DNA from: Candidatus Latescibacterota bacterium
GTDB taxonomy: Bacteria; Latescibacterota; UBA2968; UBA8231
NCBI GenBank assembly: GCA_965217585.1
Contig: OZ244561.1
Location: 4,288,001 to 4,352,000 of the forward strand
Direction of reading: 5' to 3'
DNA length: 64,000 nt
Under the pieces are notes generated by a model. The model was not told the origin of the DNA. It saw only the letters and a program-made list of their open reading frames with translations, and did no database searches. Made by a program: the position numbers and the translations under genes. Positions 27,317-43,791 of this stretch are shown in pieces. How positions within the stretch are numbered: position 1 is the first letter of the stretch; the number at the start of each line of letters is the position of its first letter.

Positions 27317-27345
27317 AATATATCCCAGCACACTAACTGCGTCAA
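27317..27345 (-). promoter_or_regulatory. sigma70-type promoter for tRNA-Val
   Basis: Minus strand TTGACG-17-TATATT. Confidence 0.6.
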
Positions 27346-27368
27346 GATTGCGCGAAGAGGAGAGCAAA

Positions 27369-28421
27369 ATGCCCACTACTTATCGAGTTGGACTCATCGG
27401 CTGCGGGCGCATGGGTGCCACCATTGACGACGAAGTCAAAGGCGGCCCCAATGCCCAACTCTTTCTGCCGTATTCGCACGCCGCGGCCATCGTTGCCTGC
27501 GAGCGGATGGAACTGGTCGCTGTCTGCGACCCGATCGAGGAGAAGGCCGAAAGGATCCGCGACCGCTACGGTGCCCAACGAGCCTATGCCGATTACAGGG
27601 AAATGATCGAGCGCGAAAACCTCGACGTGGTCAGCATTGCCACCCGGCCGGGTCCGCACGCCGAGCAGGTGATTTTCGCGGCCGAAGCTGGCGTCAAAGG
27701 CATCTACTGCGAGAAGTCGCTGTGCAACGCCGTGCACGAGATGGACGCCATGCTGCAAGCCTGCATGCCGCGGGGCGTCAAATTCAACTACGGCACGCAG
27801 CGGCGTTATGCCGCGCTCTACCGCGATGCTCGCGCCATGATCGAGCGCGGCGATATCGGCGAGGTACAGGCGGTTGTGGCAAACTGCGGGATCAGCGTGG
27901 CGCAATGGGGGCACACGCACGCGGCCGACATGATGCTCTTTTTCGCGCTGGACTCGGAGGCGGAATTCGCACAGGGGACGGTACAGGCAGAGGCCGCGGA
28001 TTGGGAGGGCGACCGGCTGACCATAGATCCGAGGATTAGCAATGGATACGTAAAGTTCAAAAACGAGATCCACGCCTATCTGGTGGGCACGCCCGGCTGG
28101 GAATTTGAAATCAGCGGCACCGAGGGTCAGCTACGCACCCTGAGCAATGGGATGGGCTATAGCTTGCGCAAGAAAGACGAGAACGGCGAGTTGCGCCCGG
28201 TGTCCGCGCCCGAAGCTGTCATTGAGAGCGGCACGCTGCGCGGAATGGAAGACATCGTCCGGGCAATCGACGAGGACGGCGATACCCAAGGCAATCTAAC
28301 GCTCGCCTGTCGCAGCCAAGAGCTAATTTTCGCGATCGTCGAGTCGCATCGGCAGGGTGGGGCGCGGGTGACCTTGCCGCTGGAGAACCGGGCCTTGTCG
28401 ATTGCTCCAGATCACTACTAG
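27369..28421 (+). CDS. Gfo/Idh/MocA oxidoreductase
   Basis: VGLIGCGRMG, IYCEKSL, GTHAADM-like motif (HTHAADM). Confidence 0.9.
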   Translation: MPTTYRVGLIGCGRMGATIDDEVKGGPNAQLFLPYSHAAAIVACERMELVAVCDPIEEKAERIRDRYGAQRAYADYREMIERENLDVVSIATRPGPHAEQVIFAAEAGVKGIYCEKSLCNAVHEMDAMLQACMPRGVKFNYGTQRRYAALYRDARAMIERGDIGEVQAVVANCGISVAQWGHTHAADMMLFFALDSEAEFAQGTVQAEAADWEGDRLTIDPRISNGYVKFKNEIHAYLVGTPGWEFEISGTEGQLRTLSNGMGYSLRKKDENGELRPVSAPEAVIESGTLRGMEDIVRAIDEDGDTQGNLTLACRSQELIFAIVESHRQGGARVTLPLENRALSIAPDHY

Positions 28422-28562
28422 CGCCGATGCAGATCAGCGCTGTCTCCTACGAGAAACATCGCAATTCCGCGCTAGAAGCTAGCGCGCCTGCTGTTGTTAG
28501 AGGCCCTGTATCGGTCCTTTGACATTTTAAGCGGCGGGCGTTACCACAAATAGACGCGCTGC

Positions 28563-29693
28563 TTAAAAGTACGTCATTAGCTTGTCCCAAATCCCCATGC
28601 GGCCGATGCTCTTTTCAGCGTGGATGGGCACCACGGCGAGCAGGCTATCGCCCAGCGAGACCCGCAGCTTGCCCACCTCGTCGCCCGCAGCGACCGGTGC
28701 CGGCAATTCCTCGGGCAGCTCTAGATGGCGGACGATATGTTTCTCCTGTTCGGAGGTGAGCACGGCCATTACGGTGTCTTGGGCCAAGACGCGTACCTCT
28801 GGCTCTATGCCCCAGTTGAGCACGACCTTGCCCATCAGCTCGCCGGTTTCGACGATGGGCACGCGCGAGAAGTTGTTAAAGCCCCAAGTTAGCAGGCGTT
28901 GGGTCTCTCGATTGCGGACGCGCACGGAGGAAGCCCCCAAGATCACAGAGATTAGGCGCATGTTGTGGCGCGTGGCCGTGGAAACGAGGCAGGAGCCAGC
29001 GCGCCGCGTATAGCCGGTTTTTAGCCCGTCAAGCCCTTGGAACCGCCCTAGCAGCCTGTTGGTGGCCCAGAGCGTGAACTTGCCGTTGCGAAAGGGCTTG
29101 CGGCGGGTGGACGACCATTGCAGCACCTCCGGATGATCGGCCAGGAGCACGCGGGCGATTTTGGAGAGATCGCGGGCCGTGCTTAGGTTGCCCTTGCCGC
29201 GCGGGGTGTTGTCGAGGCCGTGGACATTGACGCAGCGCGTGTCCTGCATCCCGAGGCTTTGGGCGCGCTTGTTCATCAGCTTGACAAATCCGGTGGTGGA
29301 GCCGCTGATGTGCTCGGCAATTGCGACGCAGGCATCGTTGGCCGAGGCAATTGCCACAGCCTCCATCAGTTCCTCCAGCGTAAAGACCTCTCCCTGCTTC
29401 AAGAAAACCTGAGAGCCGCCAGTGCGTGCAGCGCGACGGGAGACCGAGACCGAGTCCTCTAGTGAGATTTTGCCAGCTTTGACCAATTCTAGAACGACGA
29501 ACTCGAGCACCAGCTTTTGAGTACTGGCAGGCGAGCGCTTCAAGTCTGGATGGTGGGCAAAGAGCACGGTACCGCTTTCGGCTTCGAGCAAAATGGCGGC
29601 GGCATACGGCGGATTTGAGCCAGGGTCGAAGCCGGCAGCTTGAAGCGGTACCCAGGACAAACATATAGCGACACACAGCGAACGAATGTGCAT
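28563..29693 (-). CDS. dacA: D-alanyl-D-alanine carboxypeptidase (S11)
   Basis: SxxK (ASTQK), SxN (SAND), KTG; signal peptide; PBP5 C-terminal domain. Confidence 0.92.
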   Translation of the reverse strand: MHIRSLCVAICLSWVPLQAAGFDPGSNPPYAAAILLEAESGTVLFAHHPDLKRSPASTQKLVLEFVVLELVKAGKISLEDSVSVSRRAARTGGSQVFLKQGEVFTLEELMEAVAIASANDACVAIAEHISGSTTGFVKLMNKRAQSLGMQDTRCVNVHGLDNTPRGKGNLSTARDLSKIARVLLADHPEVLQWSSTRRKPFRNGKFTLWATNRLLGRFQGLDGLKTGYTRRAGSCLVSTATRHNMRLISVILGASSVRVRNRETQRLLTWGFNNFSRVPIVETGELMGKVVLNWGIEPEVRVLAQDTVMAVLTSEQEKHIVRHLELPEELPAPVAAGDEVGKLRVSLGDSLLAVVPIHAEKSIGRMGIWDKLMTYF

Positions 29694-29887
29694 TGTTTTT
29701 CTCGCTCAAAAAGCCAAAGGGAGTTACAAGGGATGGGCCTAAATGTAATAATTAAGACACTTTAGGTCAATCAAGATGTTGTACTGTCCATGTGGGCACC
29801 GAGAGGGGCGGTACACCGCCCTTTTGGTCGGCGGGCATTTGCTTGCGAGAGCCAGCAGCGTAATTTTAGTTCCAGAAAGGACGACAT

Positions 29888-30871
29888 ATGACTACGGCAA
29901 CCATACCTCAACTCACGTATAGCGGCAAGCCGATCGCCATGGATCAGGTACGCGAGCTCCGCCGCTCAGATGATATAACCGAAGATCGGGACGCACTCTG
30001 GCAGCGGATGGAAGAAGACGGGTATTTGTTTTTGCCTAAGTATTTGGACCGGCGAGAAGTGTTGGCGGCGCGGGCAGAATTGTGCGATCGCCTCTTCAAA
30101 TCCGGGGTGCTAGACCCGGCACGTCCGCCGATGGAAGGAGTAGTGGCGACGGACAAGACGATTAATCCAGCGGCCACTGGCCCGTTTATGCCGATCTTAG
30201 CGCGGGACAATCCGCCGCTGGACAAGGTCCTCTACGACGGTCCGATGATGGCTTTTTACGAATTCTTCTTAGGTGGGCCTGTCCGGCACTACGACTATAC
30301 TTGGTTCCGCGCCAAGCAGCCGGGCACTAACACAGCGACGACCCCGCATTGCGACATCGTCTATATGGGCCGAGGGACCAAGGCGCTCTATACGTCGTGG
30401 ACGCCCTTCAGCGATGTGCCCTACGAAATGGGGGGGCTGATGGTGTTGGAGGGATCGCATAAGAACCAAGCCCTGAAACAAGGCTACGGCCAGACCGATG
30501 TGGATGCGTTTTGCGAAAACGACGGCCCCACAGCGGGCCAAATCGTCGCGGTCGCTCAGCAACAGGGCCGCGAGCTGACACAAGAAGAACGCGAGCAAAT
30601 TCGCTGGAACTCGTCCGGGGCCTACTCGCACGACGCGATTGCCGTGCGCGAGGAGCTACAGGGGCGCTGGCTGACGGCCGAGTACCAGATGGGGGATTTG
30701 CTGGTCTTCTGTATGTACCTGCTGCACGCTAGCTCAGACAACCAGACGGACCGCATTCGCCTCTCTTCCGATACGCGCTACCAGCTTTCACACGAGCCAA
30801 TAGACGAGCGCTGGATCGGCGACGACCCGCCTGCGCACGGCATCCGCGCCAAGCGGGGCATGGTATGCTGA
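29888..30871 (+). CDS. Phytanoyl-CoA dioxygenase (PhyH) family Fe(II)/2OG enzyme
   Basis: TPHCD (HxD), GGLMVLEGSH, LLHAS, RLSSDTRY. Confidence 0.88.
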   Translation: MTTATIPQLTYSGKPIAMDQVRELRRSDDITEDRDALWQRMEEDGYLFLPKYLDRREVLAARAELCDRLFKSGVLDPARPPMEGVVATDKTINPAATGPFMPILARDNPPLDKVLYDGPMMAFYEFFLGGPVRHYDYTWFRAKQPGTNTATTPHCDIVYMGRGTKALYTSWTPFSDVPYEMGGLMVLEGSHKNQALKQGYGQTDVDAFCENDGPTAGQIVAVAQQQGRELTQEEREQIRWNSSGAYSHDAIAVREELQGRWLTAEYQMGDLLVFCMYLLHASSDNQTDRIRLSSDTRYQLSHEPIDERWIGDDPPAHGIRAKRGMVC

Positions 30872-31462
30872 TTAGTTGACGGCTGGATCTTTGGGAAACA
30901 CGGAGATGGGGCGGTATTTGCCCCCCATGGAATGGAGCACTGTTTGCCACATGGTTTCGGGCGTGGGCGCGAGGATCAATTCGGGGTCGCCTGGGGTCAA
31001 AAACCATGTGCCAGCGCCAATCTCGGATTCGAGCTGGCCCGGCTCCCAGCCGGCATAGCCCAAGTAGAACCGCAGCCGCGGCGCGTCGGTCCGGAGCACC
31101 TCGGTTTCGGCATACTTGGTGTCGAGGTTGCCGCCCAAATAGAGGCCATCGAGGATTTTTGTGCCTCCCTCGACTAAGCCGTCGAGCTGGTGCAAGAAGA
31201 AAAGATAGCGCTGGTGTACTGGCCCGCCCTGATAGAATATCCGACCCAACTCCGCACACGCATCTTCGCCGCCCGTGAGCTGTTGCAGGGACTCGGGCGC
31301 ATAGCGCCGAACCCGCTCGCCGAGGGGCCGGTTGAGCACTAAGCCCATGGTGATGTCTGTTTCGCTATAGTGGGTAATGAGCACGACCGCGCGGTCGAAG
31401 TCGAGCTCTTCGAGCGCGGGAGTAGCGACCAATAGGGTGCCGGTTTGGAGCGGTGCAGGCAT
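30872..31462 (-). CDS. YqgE/AlgH family protein
   Basis: FDRAVVLI, GLVLNRP, GGPV, GYAGWEPGQLESE. Confidence 0.92.
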   Translation of the reverse strand: MPAPLQTGTLLVATPALEELDFDRAVVLITHYSETDITMGLVLNRPLGERVRRYAPESLQQLTGGEDACAELGRIFYQGGPVHQRYLFFLHQLDGLVEGGTKILDGLYLGGNLDTKYAETEVLRTDAPRLRFYLGYAGWEPGQLESEIGAGTWFLTPGDPELILAPTPETMWQTVLHSMGGKYRPISVFPKDPAVN

Positions 31463-31530
31463 GATAGGTATCAGGTGTAGCGAGTGCTGCTATGGACGAT
31501 AATAAAGATCGCGTGGCGAGACAACCTCAC

Positions 31531-32688
31531 TCAAGAGTACGCCAAGTAGCGGTGGCGAATAGCGTCAAAGGCTTGGCACGCCTCGGCCCAAGCAGCCTGC
31601 AGCTCGGCGACGGCCGCGCCCCCATCGAGTGCGCGGCGGATCTGGTCGGTGCCGGCGAGGCGGTCAAAGTTGTGGATGCCACCGGCGGGCACGCGCCAAG
31701 CGAATTCGCTTGGATAGAGCCGACGCACGGCCGCGAGCGCCTCAAAGCCAACACCGACAGGCTCGACGGCCGCGCGATCGAGGACGTGGACTTGGACACC
31801 TCCGCAGGTTTCGCTCGCGTACTTGCCGGCCGCCGGCTGGAAAAACACCGGGCGGAAGCCCACCCCAGGCAGTGCTCGGCTGTTGAGTGCGTCGGCTAGG
31901 TGTGCCCCGTCGATAAACGGTGCGCCAACCTGCTCAAAAGGCTTGGCCGTCCCCCGTCCTTCAGACACGTTCGTTCCTTCGAAGAAGCAGGTTCCCGGAT
32001 AGATCACCGCCGTCTCCGGGCTGGGCATGTTGGGTGACGGCGGCACCCACGGCAGGCCGGTGTCCTCCCAGTAAAAGGAGCGTTGCCAGCCCTCCATGGC
32101 GACGACGTGTAGTTCCGCGCCGATTCCGTATTCCTCGTTGAAGAGCCGGGCGAGTTCGCCGATGCTCAGGCCGTAGCGCACTGGGATCGGGTACTGCCCG
32201 ACGAAAGAGGCAAACGCCGGGTCGAGACAATTTCCGCCGATGGCTTGGCCGCCAATGGGGTTGGGGCGGTCGAGGACGAGGAAGGGGATGCCCGCTTGGG
32301 CGCAGGCGGCCATGCTCAGGCTCATGGTGTAGAGATAGGTATAAAAGCGTGCACCAACGTCTTGGATATCAAAGAGCATCAGCTCGACGCCCGCGAGCAT
32401 GGCCGCGTCCGGTGCCCGCGCTTGGCCGTAGAGGCTGTAGGTTGGTACGCCGGTGCGCTCATCGGTGGAATGGGCGATGTGCTCGCCGTCCTGCGCTGCA
32501 CCGCGGATCCCGTGCTCCGGCCCATACAATGCGACGAGCGCACAGAGATCGGATTGGTGTAGGCGGTCTGCTGTGGACTGCAGGCGCGCATCGACTCCTG
32601 AGTGATTGGTAATCAGGCCGACGCGCCGGCCGCGGATCAAGTCGGCGTCCGCGAGCAGGCGTTCGCACCCGAGGACGACGCGACTCAT
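31531..32688 (-). CDS. namZ: Exo-beta-N-acetylmuramidase NamZ (DUF1343)
   Basis: GLITNHSG, PEHGIRG, FDIQDVGARFYTY, LDRPNPIGG, PPSPNMP, SEGRGT. Confidence 0.9.
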   Translation of the reverse strand: MSRVVLGCERLLADADLIRGRRVGLITNHSGVDARLQSTADRLHQSDLCALVALYGPEHGIRGAAQDGEHIAHSTDERTGVPTYSLYGQARAPDAAMLAGVELMLFDIQDVGARFYTYLYTMSLSMAACAQAGIPFLVLDRPNPIGGQAIGGNCLDPAFASFVGQYPIPVRYGLSIGELARLFNEEYGIGAELHVVAMEGWQRSFYWEDTGLPWVPPSPNMPSPETAVIYPGTCFFEGTNVSEGRGTAKPFEQVGAPFIDGAHLADALNSRALPGVGFRPVFFQPAAGKYASETCGGVQVHVLDRAAVEPVGVGFEALAAVRRLYPSEFAWRVPAGGIHNFDRLAGTDQIRRALDGGAAVAELQAAWAEACQAFDAIRHRYLAYS

Positions 32689-33725
32689 CGGGCTGCGTCC
32701 GGCTCGGGCACGAGGGCGGAGGCGCATTGGACGCGGCGAGCAAAGTACTGGTAGAGAACGCTGCCCGAATAGACGCCGTCGTGTGCGGCTGATGCACAGC
32801 GGATGGCTTGGCTCTGGCGGCGGCGGCGATAGATGTTGCGCGGATGCGCGAGGCACCAAAGCAAGGCGGCACAAGGGGCCAGCGCGCTGGCCCACCGGCC
32901 TCGGCGGACGTAGTAGAGCACGGCCAACACCTCCAACCACAGGCGCAAGGGCAGTAGCCACAGCAGGCGGCTCAGCCCCTCGTTTTTGCACAGCGTGATG
33001 AGACTATTGCGGTGGTTGAAGTACGTCTTGCGGAAGGTAGCCGGGGGCTGGGAAAAGCCCGAGTGGTGAAAAACCACGGATTGCGGCACGGCGCGGATCT
33101 GGTAGCCCGCGAGTTGGAGACGCCAGCACAAGTCGATTTCCTCAAAGTGCATGAAGTACTCGGGATCGAAAAATCCAACTTGGCGCACCGCGGAGACGCG
33201 GAGGAAGAGAGCTGCGCCGCAGGCCCAAAAGAGTGGTACGGACGCATCGTATTGGCCCTCGTCGCGCTCGCAGCGGTCGAAGAGCCGTCCCCGACAAAAG
33301 GCGTACCCCAAGGCGTCGATATAGCCGCCGGCCCCGCCTCCGTAGTCGAAGTACTCGGGCGCGCTGGCCGAGCGCAGCTTGGGCTGGCAGGCGGCAATCT
33401 GGGGGTTGCTGTCGGCCATGGCGACGAGGGGGGCGAGCCAGTTCGGCTCGACGCGAGTGTCGTCGTTGAGCAGCACTGCGTAGGGAGTGTGGGCGGCCGC
33501 CAAGCCCCGGTTGCAGGCTGCGGCAAACCCTAAATTGCGCTCGTTGCGCAAGACTGCTAGCTCGGGAAAAGCGGCTTTGGCTCGCTGCAAGCTCGGCGCG
33601 TTGCCACCGTCGTCAACGACGAGCACACAGATGGGGTAATCGCTGTGTGCATAGACCGAGGCCACGCAGTCGTAGAGTACGTCCGCGCGGTAGTGAGGGA
33701 TGACGACGGTGACGGCCTCGGTCAT
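32685..33725 (-). CDS. Glycosyltransferase family 2
   Basis: VVDDG, NLGFAAACNRG, LLNDD, FMHFEEIDLCWR. Confidence 0.92.
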   Translation of the reverse strand: MTEAVTVVIPHYRADVLYDCVASVYAHSDYPICVLVVDDGGNAPSLQRAKAAFPELAVLRNERNLGFAAACNRGLAAAHTPYAVLLNDDTRVEPNWLAPLVAMADSNPQIAACQPKLRSASAPEYFDYGGGAGGYIDALGYAFCRGRLFDRCERDEGQYDASVPLFWACGAALFLRVSAVRQVGFFDPEYFMHFEEIDLCWRLQLAGYQIRAVPQSVVFHHSGFSQPPATFRKTYFNHRNSLITLCKNEGLSRLLWLLPLRLWLEVLAVLYYVRRGRWASALAPCAALLWCLAHPRNIYRRRRQSQAIRCASAAHDGVYSGSVLYQYFARRVQCASALVPEPDAAR

Positions 33726-36292
33726 GGAGAGGCGGACTGGCGGAGGATGCGCTCGGCCTCGACCAACTCCGGCCGCTCGCCGTATTGCTCTTTGTACTGC
33801 TGGAGGATGGCCAGTGCCCCGGGAATATCGCCCTTGGCCTGTAGGACGGCGGCCAACTCGTAGTAGCCCTCCCAGCGGGCCGGGGCGAGGGCGATGGCTT
33901 GGTGATAGAGACCCTCGGCGTGGTCGTAGGCCGAGTAGGGTTCTTGGATCAGCACGCCGGTCAGCGCGATGATATTGTCATAGGTGGCGGCCGGCTCAAT
34001 GCCCACGCGCTCGATGAGGAACCGCGCGGCCTCGTAGATGTGCTCGGTCGCTACGTCGTGCTGGCCGAGCTCGCTGAAGTAATCGGCCGCCGCATAGTGG
34101 TTTTCCCAGCTCAGGTAGATGTTGTCCCGCGCCCACTGCATGAGCTGCGGCACCTCGGCTCTGCGGCCCTGTTCTTCATAGCTGCGGGCCAATTGCAAGA
34201 CGCAAGCCCAGTAGTTGCCCAAGAGGCGCTCGGAGTTGTCGTCCTTGTACAAGGACGGATCGTTGAGGCCGCGGAAGCGGTAGTTCTCGAGGAGATTGCG
34301 CTCTAGAGCCTCGTCATCTACTCCGTCTGTAGGCTCGGGCGAGGCTTTTAAGCTCATGCCGACCATCGTCAGATAGGGGTCGAGGTTGAGCAGGTTGCTG
34401 GTGGGAACGGTGATGGCAAAGTGGATGGGTTTTTTCCACTCGTTCCAGGCCAGAATTTTGATGACCATGACGTCTTGGACGCGGAGAATCGGGTACTCGG
34501 GGGGAGCGCTCACTTCCACGTCAATTCCCAATTTCTTTAACTCCGGCGGCACCTTGGGATCGGGCCAGTACCGTTTGTAGAAATCGACCATCTGCGTGTC
34601 GGTGAGCACCGAGTCGATGAAGTCGTCGGTGTAGCGGATGTCGATGTGCGGCTCGCGGTCGCGCAGTTGCTTGATGTACCAGCCGGTGTTCAACAAGCTC
34701 AAGTTGACCACCCGCACATCGCGCCGCACCCCTTCTACCTCCTGCAAGAACCACAGCGGAAACGTGTCGTTGTCCCCGTTGGTGAACAGGATGGAGCCTT
34801 CCTCACAGCTAGACAGCATGTTGTACGCGTAATCATAGGCGATAAAGTCGCCCGTGCGGTCTTCCACGTGATAGAGCCGCGCCGCCACCCCGGCCGGCAG
34901 CAACAACCCGGCCGCCGCCACCGCTATCACGACCGCCCGATGTCGCCCCCAGTGCTGCCGCACCGCCTCCACCACGCCGAGCCAGCCCAACCCTATCCAC
35001 AGCGCGAACGCCAAGTACATCCCGCCAAACACGTAGTGCCGCTCGCGCGGCTGCGGGTCTGGCATATTCAGGTAGAGCGATAGCCCAAACCCCATCACCA
35101 AGAACAGCAACAACACGCCCCCGAACCGCCGCCAGTCCCGCCGCCAATGCCACCACAACCCCCACAGCCCCAGCCCGTACGGCACCAGCGAAATGGATAT
35201 CCGATCCGGTAGGTTTATGGTGGCCTTGCGGAAATCCACGACCCGCTCCAAAAGCGGAAAGGGAAACTGCTGAAAGAAGTACTTCATCTGCTGATCCCAG
35301 AACTGATAGGAGCGGCTCGCCCGCGCCGTCAGCATGGTCGTCAGCATACTCTCGGTGCCGTATTGCTCGCGGTTGAGAAACTTGAGGAACGCCGCCCAAG
35401 TCTCTGGATCGTTCTCGTCGATGGCCGGATTCAAGCCGGAGCGAATGTACAACGCGCCATACGTGGAATAGCCCAGCGCGAATAGCACGAGGACGCCTAG
35501 CAGCAAAACGAACAGCCGCCGGTCGCGGCCGTACAGGTACGCCAGCAGCCCCGCCAGCCCCAGCACCATCACCCCGTTCGAGCCAGCCCCCGGCCCCAAT
35601 GCCACCAGTCCCAGCCCACTGACCACGCCCCAGCCGACTAGCAGCACGATCAGCCGTTGCAACTGGCGGTCGGCAAACCACGCCAGCAGCATAAGCGATG
35701 GAATCGTCAACAGACACAATAGGTGCACGCCGCCGCCGAGGCCGAACAAATACGCCAGCGCCAACAGCCAGCGGTCGTTGGCCGCACCGGCACCGCTGCC
35801 TTCCCAGTAGAGAATCAGCCACAGCCCCAGACACGTAAACAAGATGGAGTAGCCATAGACCTCGGCTTCGGAGGCGTTGTACCACTGGGTGTAGGAAAAC
35901 GCCAACGTCAGCGCGGCCACGGCCCCGCCAGCGAGGACGCCGATGTCGCGGGCGTCGCCTAGCGGTTGCAGGGGCTGGCCGCCCAAGGCCCGCCGCCCCA
36001 GCGCGACGGTCGATAGATAGACGCACCAAATAGCCAGCGCGGAGGTCAGCGCGGACATGAAGTTGACGCGGATGGCGACTTCGCCGATGGGGAACAAGGT
36101 GAAGACCCGCCCCAACAGCACGTACAAAGAAGCGCCCGGCGGATGGGGCACACCGAGGATATAGGACGTGGCGATGAACTCGCCGCAGTCCCAAAACGAC
36201 ACAGTTGGCGCGAGGGTCTTCACGTACACCCCCAACGTCAACACGAAAATCCCCACCCCGAAAACCCGGTGGATTACAGCGGAATTAGGCAT
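33722..36292 (-). CDS. DUF2723 multi-pass membrane protein (GT-C-like) with C-terminal TPR-like region
   Basis: SFWDCGEFI..HPPG, EAEVY, PRERHY, NGDNDTFPLW. Confidence 0.88.
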   Translation of the reverse strand: MPNSAVIHRVFGVGIFVLTLGVYVKTLAPTVSFWDCGEFIATSYILGVPHPPGASLYVLLGRVFTLFPIGEVAIRVNFMSALTSALAIWCVYLSTVALGRRALGGQPLQPLGDARDIGVLAGGAVAALTLAFSYTQWYNASEAEVYGYSILFTCLGLWLILYWEGSGAGAANDRWLLALAYLFGLGGGVHLLCLLTIPSLMLLAWFADRQLQRLIVLLVGWGVVSGLGLVALGPGAGSNGVMVLGLAGLLAYLYGRDRRLFVLLLGVLVLFALGYSTYGALYIRSGLNPAIDENDPETWAAFLKFLNREQYGTESMLTTMLTARASRSYQFWDQQMKYFFQQFPFPLLERVVDFRKATINLPDRISISLVPYGLGLWGLWWHWRRDWRRFGGVLLLFLVMGFGLSLYLNMPDPQPRERHYVFGGMYLAFALWIGLGWLGVVEAVRQHWGRHRAVVIAVAAAGLLLPAGVAARLYHVEDRTGDFIAYDYAYNMLSSCEEGSILFTNGDNDTFPLWFLQEVEGVRRDVRVVNLSLLNTGWYIKQLRDREPHIDIRYTDDFIDSVLTDTQMVDFYKRYWPDPKVPPELKKLGIDVEVSAPPEYPILRVQDVMVIKILAWNEWKKPIHFAITVPTSNLLNLDPYLTMVGMSLKASPEPTDGVDDEALERNLLENYRFRGLNDPSLYKDDNSERLLGNYWACVLQLARSYEEQGRRAEVPQLMQWARDNIYLSWENHYAAADYFSELGQHDVATEHIYEAARFLIERVGIEPAATYDNIIALTGVLIQEPYSAYDHAEGLYHQAIALAPARWEGYYELAAVLQAKGDIPGALAILQQYKEQYGERPELVEAERILRQSASP

Positions 36293-36373
36293 TGGCTTGG
36301 TCTTGGGTGAATGCGCGGGTAAACGAGCTAAACTTACAATTAATATAAGATAGGTAAAAGGACGCCCACCGCC

Positions 36374-37023
36374 CTAGCCCGCCAGTTCGGCCGTGCCCCA
36401 AGTGCTCGGATCGCGTTCTACGCCCATGTCCGAGATCGACGACCAAGACTGGGTGCCGTGCTGCGAGTCGTGCAACAGGTATGCAAACCCCACGCGACTG
36501 AATTCCCTCGGCGCAAAACCATTGAGACCCGCGGCCGGCAGTTTGATCTCTAGCTGATAGCTCCGCTTGAGCCGGCGCAGGCCGGTCTCAATCGAGTCTT
36601 CTGGACAGGGCGGTGCCTGTTCGCGGGCGTCCTCAATGGAGGTCTGGCGGGCGATGGGTTGCTTGCCGTCCTTGCCGCTGCCGCCGGGCAAGACGTAAAA
36701 CCGGTGGCAGAAGCGGTTGGCGCGGTGCTCCTTGACGTCGCGGGTGTCGATGAAGAGTTCGAGGCTGTCGCCGGCAGCAGGTTGCAGCGGGTTGAGCTTG
36801 TAGGTCGTCTTTTTTTTGACCTCGCAGGCAAAATACAGGCCGCTGTCGTCGTAGGACATATAGACCGAGGCAAAGGGCTGCTGGCCATCGACGGCCATCA
36901 GGTCGGGCACGCGCGCTGCGTCGTCCCAATCGCGCAAGTTGCCGTTGATTTTGGGCGGCTTTTGCCGCCGCGGGCAGCGGAAGGAAAACTCGAAAAAGGC
37001 GCGTTGGGGCAGGTACAACTCGC

Positions 37024-37027
<4 letters not shown>
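36374..37027 (-). CDS. CBM9/DOMON-like sugar-binding domain protein
   Basis: PKINGNLRDW, YMSYDDSGLYF, DSLELFIDT, WG near the C terminus. Confidence 0.65.
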
Positions 37028-42693
<5,666 letters not shown>

Positions 42694-42990
42694 GGCTCCA
42701 TGTAGCGCGCAAGGGGAAGGGAAAGGAATCAAAAAATATACTATACGGATGTGCAGCGGGCAAGCGGGGGAGTGCGGAATGAAGCGAGGGGGTTTTAGCT
42801 ATGCGTTGAGGGAGCAGGGTACCGCTTGCGAATTTCCGTCTGCAAGGTGGCAACGGAAAGGTTAACGGACCGTCGAACCCTTGCAATCATTCTCTGCGTC
42901 GTTGCTTGACGACCCTTTTTCACCTCCCTATACTAGCCCCTCGGTAATTCAGTAAAATCAATTGTTTATCACCCAAGAGGAGTTGCTAAA

Positions 42991-43791
42991 ATGATTCATT
43001 TAGGGGCCAATTCGGTGCTCTTTGCAGGATTCGATTTGGAAACGGCGATGCGCCATATCCACCTCGCCGGATACGACGGCGTCGAGCTGGCGGCGATCAG
43101 GGGCATGTGCGAGCATTTGCAGTTGGACAACTGGCAGGCGCAGGCCAACCAAATAAAAGAGTTGGCGGAAAAATACGAGCTGAAGTTGCTGGCGATGGAG
43201 GAAGCTGCCCTCGACGAAGAGCGCCTGATGCTCGCTTTTGCGGCTGGCGCTGAGATTGGCATTCCCGTTATCAACGTCGGTCCGGGGGGCAAAAGCGATG
43301 TGGAGGAAGATTTCGACCGGCAGGTCGCGCTGTTGGCCAAAATGGCCGATAGGGCGCACGAACACGGCGTGACGCTGTGCGCTAAGGCGCACGTGGGGCA
43401 GTGCATTTACGATACGCCGACCACGTTGCGGGCGATGGAGCGGATCGATTCGCCGGGGTTTGGGGTGGATATGGATCCGAGCCACATCCATCGGGCGGGG
43501 GAGAATACGGTAGAGGCGCTGGCGGCGGTTATTTCGCGGGTAAAGCACGTTCACATAAGGGATTGTGCTGTGGCAGAAGGCGGGCCGGGCGCGCCGGAGT
43601 TGCAGGCGTGTGGGCGAGGCAACATCGATTTGTTCGGGTACGTCAAGGTGCTGCACGAAGCTGGACTAGATGTGGCGGCTAACTTGGAAGTGATTGGTGC
43701 CAAGGAATACGACTTGGGGCAGGTGGCGACGATTGCGGCGGAGAGCCGGGGATATTTGAACGCCTGCTTGCGGGCTTGCGGTGCCCGTTAG
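42991..43791 (+). CDS. Sugar phosphate isomerase/epimerase (xylose isomerase-like TIM barrel)
   Basis: AGYDGVEL, DMDPSH, HVHIRD. Confidence 0.85.
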   Translation: MIHLGANSVLFAGFDLETAMRHIHLAGYDGVELAAIRGMCEHLQLDNWQAQANQIKELAEKYELKLLAMEEAALDEERLMLAFAAGAEIGIPVINVGPGGKSDVEEDFDRQVALLAKMADRAHEHGVTLCAKAHVGQCIYDTPTTLRAMERIDSPGFGVDMDPSHIHRAGENTVEALAAVISRVKHVHIRDCAVAEGGPGAPELQACGRGNIDLFGYVKVLHEAGLDVAANLEVIGAKEYDLGQVATIAAESRGYLNACLRACGAR

